A stretch of 64,000 nucleotides of DNA, taken from the IMG/VR virus record IMGVR_UViG_3300031784_000002; one strand, 5' to 3'. Shown here piece after piece: positions 62,602 through 64,000 of this stretch (the first letter of the stretch is position 1; each line of letters starts with the position of its first letter). Source of the DNA: a virus (Duplodnaviria; Caudoviricetes). Below the pieces are notes generated by a model. That model was not told the DNA's origin and searched no databases. It saw nothing but the letters and a program-made list of their open reading frames with translations. The position numbers and the translations under genes are program-made.

Positions 62602-62754
62602 ATGGCAGTAAAAGCAAAAGGTGGATTGAATAAGAATACTGGTTATATGCCAGGAAAACCCAAACTGACCCTTCAAGGAAGGGGAAAGGGAACTAAATAT
62701 GCTGCAACTAGTCGTAATAAGGCTAGGAAACCATATCGCGGCCAGGGTAAATGA
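62602..62754 (+). CDS. Small basic protein (50 aa)
   Basis: MAVKAKGG...TLQGRGKGTKYAATSRN...PYRGQGK read manually. Confidence 0.7.
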   Translation: MAVKAKGGLNKNTGYMPGKPKLTLQGRGKGTKYAATSRNKARKPYRGQGK

Positions 62755-62879
62755 CTCGTTGGATTCATAAAGAAGGTTATTCTAGACCAGATAAACGTTG
62801 CAAAGGGATTAAGACCCAAGCAAAAGCAAATAAAAGTAAAGGAAAAAAGTCTAAATAATTTAAAATAGTAATTAAACAG

Positions 62880-63035
62880 ATGTCCGATACAACACCAAAA
62901 GTAGGTCCAACTGAAGCAGATGCTCCAGCACCAACACCAGAAACTGCAAAAGTTTTTGACTATAATGTAGCTGCAAATGCAGGAACAGTTGCACCTTCCA
63001 GACCAAATCCTGCTTCACCACTCGCTGCAGGATGA
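62880..63035 (+). CDS. Small Pro/Ala-rich protein
   Basis: MSDTTPKVGP...YNVAANAG; CTAAATA upstream. Confidence 0.6.
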   Translation: MSDTTPKVGPTEADAPAPTPETAKVFDYNVAANAGTVAPSRPNPASPLAAG

Positions 63036-63036
63036 T

Positions 63037-63504
63037 ATGTCTGAAAAAGAAGCATATATTCGCAAATGGATTGGAGAAGTCTCCGAGAATAGACCTGAAT
63101 TAGGTGGATTTGCGGTTTGTCCATATGCTCAAAATTCAAAAACTTTAATTGTAGAGACTACTATTGATGACATTGTGCCTGAACCAGGTCATGATGTCAT
63201 CATTTTTATTATTGAAGACTTCTGGAGACCAGATCAGGTCATGAAATGGGTATCACACTACAATGAAAAGTTCCAATATTACAAATTTTTTGAAGATTTA
63301 TCCTCCAGAGATACTTTTATAGGAGGAGTAAAGACGAATAATGAGAAATATAACCTAATTTTGTGTCAATCTAAGAAAAAATTGAGTACTATTCGTAAAA
63401 AATTGTTGCAAACCGACTATTATACCTACTGGACAGAAGATTATCTCAAAGAAATCCTTGGGGATGACTTCCAATACGCAGAAAAAATCACTGACGAAGA
63501 ATAA
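63037..63504 (+). CDS. Conserved hypothetical protein (DUF1415-like)
   Basis: ELGGFAVCPYA; YYTYWTEDYL. Confidence 0.65.
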   Translation: MSEKEAYIRKWIGEVSENRPELGGFAVCPYAQNSKTLIVETTIDDIVPEPGHDVIIFIIEDFWRPDQVMKWVSHYNEKFQYYKFFEDLSSRDTFIGGVKTNNEKYNLILCQSKKKLSTIRKKLLQTDYYTYWTEDYLKEILGDDFQYAEKITDEE

Positions 63505-63576
63505 AATCAATAATCTTTGACATTTCGGGATAGCAACCCCGTAAAAAGTTCTGATTTTTTCAAATCAGGAGCTAAA

Positions 63577-63816
63577 ATGTCAAACTTATTCGTAGATAGA
63601 GACCCAAATTACATGCGTGAAAAGTGGGGAACCACAAAGTTGGTTACAGATTATGGTGCAAGTCCTCAAAAAAGAGTAATTCAAGAGGTTATGCACGACT
63701 CAGCACCTCACCATGATTTAAAGAAACAAACCGACCTTCATGAGAAGATTCGTAATGATGAAGATTACGATGATTGGGAGTATGGCACTGAGCCAACCTA
63801 TGGTAAAAAGTGGTAA
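63577..63816 (+). CDS. Conserved hypothetical protein
   Basis: GGAG RBS; HEKIRNDEDYDDWEYGTEP. Confidence 0.7.
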   Translation: MSNLFVDRDPNYMREKWGTTKLVTDYGASPQKRVIQEVMHDSAPHHDLKKQTDLHEKIRNDEDYDDWEYGTEPTYGKKW

Positions 63817-63856
63817 AAATGTCTTATACATATAATAAATACCCTTAGTTTGAGTA

Positions 63857-64000
63857 ATGACTACGATTTCTCGCAGATTTAAAGACATAAGTCTCTCGTT
63901 TGTGAGAAATCCTGTAACTAATGATATTTTACCTATTAACAATGAGGATGCGATTAAAAAATCTGTTATCAATCTAGTGAGAACTAGAATGGGTGAAAGA
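63857..64000 (+). CDS. gp25: Baseplate wedge subunit gp25 (5' part, truncated)
   Basis: SRRFKDISLSF.RNPVTND...NEDAIKKSVINLVRTRMGER. Confidence 0.9.
   Translation, partial: MTTISRRFKDISLSFVRNPVTNDILPINNEDAIKKSVINLVRTRMGER

Overview
The window is a fragment of a T4-like cyanobacterial myovirus (cyanophage) genome. The evidence is gp32, gp53, gp48, gp2, gp4, gp54-like, gp26, gp51, gp5, a partial gp25, a phage-type CP12 and three tRNAs. From 1 to about 29 kb it is mostly the late baseplate/tail module, ending in a 2169-aa fibre-like protein. From about 29.5 to 60.1 kb it is a dense, almost entirely plus-strand array of roughly a hundred short, mostly unknown ORFs. This array is punctuated by about 19 copies of a rigidly spaced promoter cassette: dyad GTGACA/GGACA-N10-TGTC(C)AC, a degenerate -35, a TATCTT-like -10, and often AGCCATGTTGAGAGG. 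Near the end of the array is a gene-free stretch with five perfect TTTTCCACA (cyanobacterial DnaA-box) 9-mers. From 60.4 to 64 kb are conserved cyanophage genes, including a GT2-like glycosyltransferase, leading into gp25. All protein assignments come from motif recognition by eye; no database searches were run.
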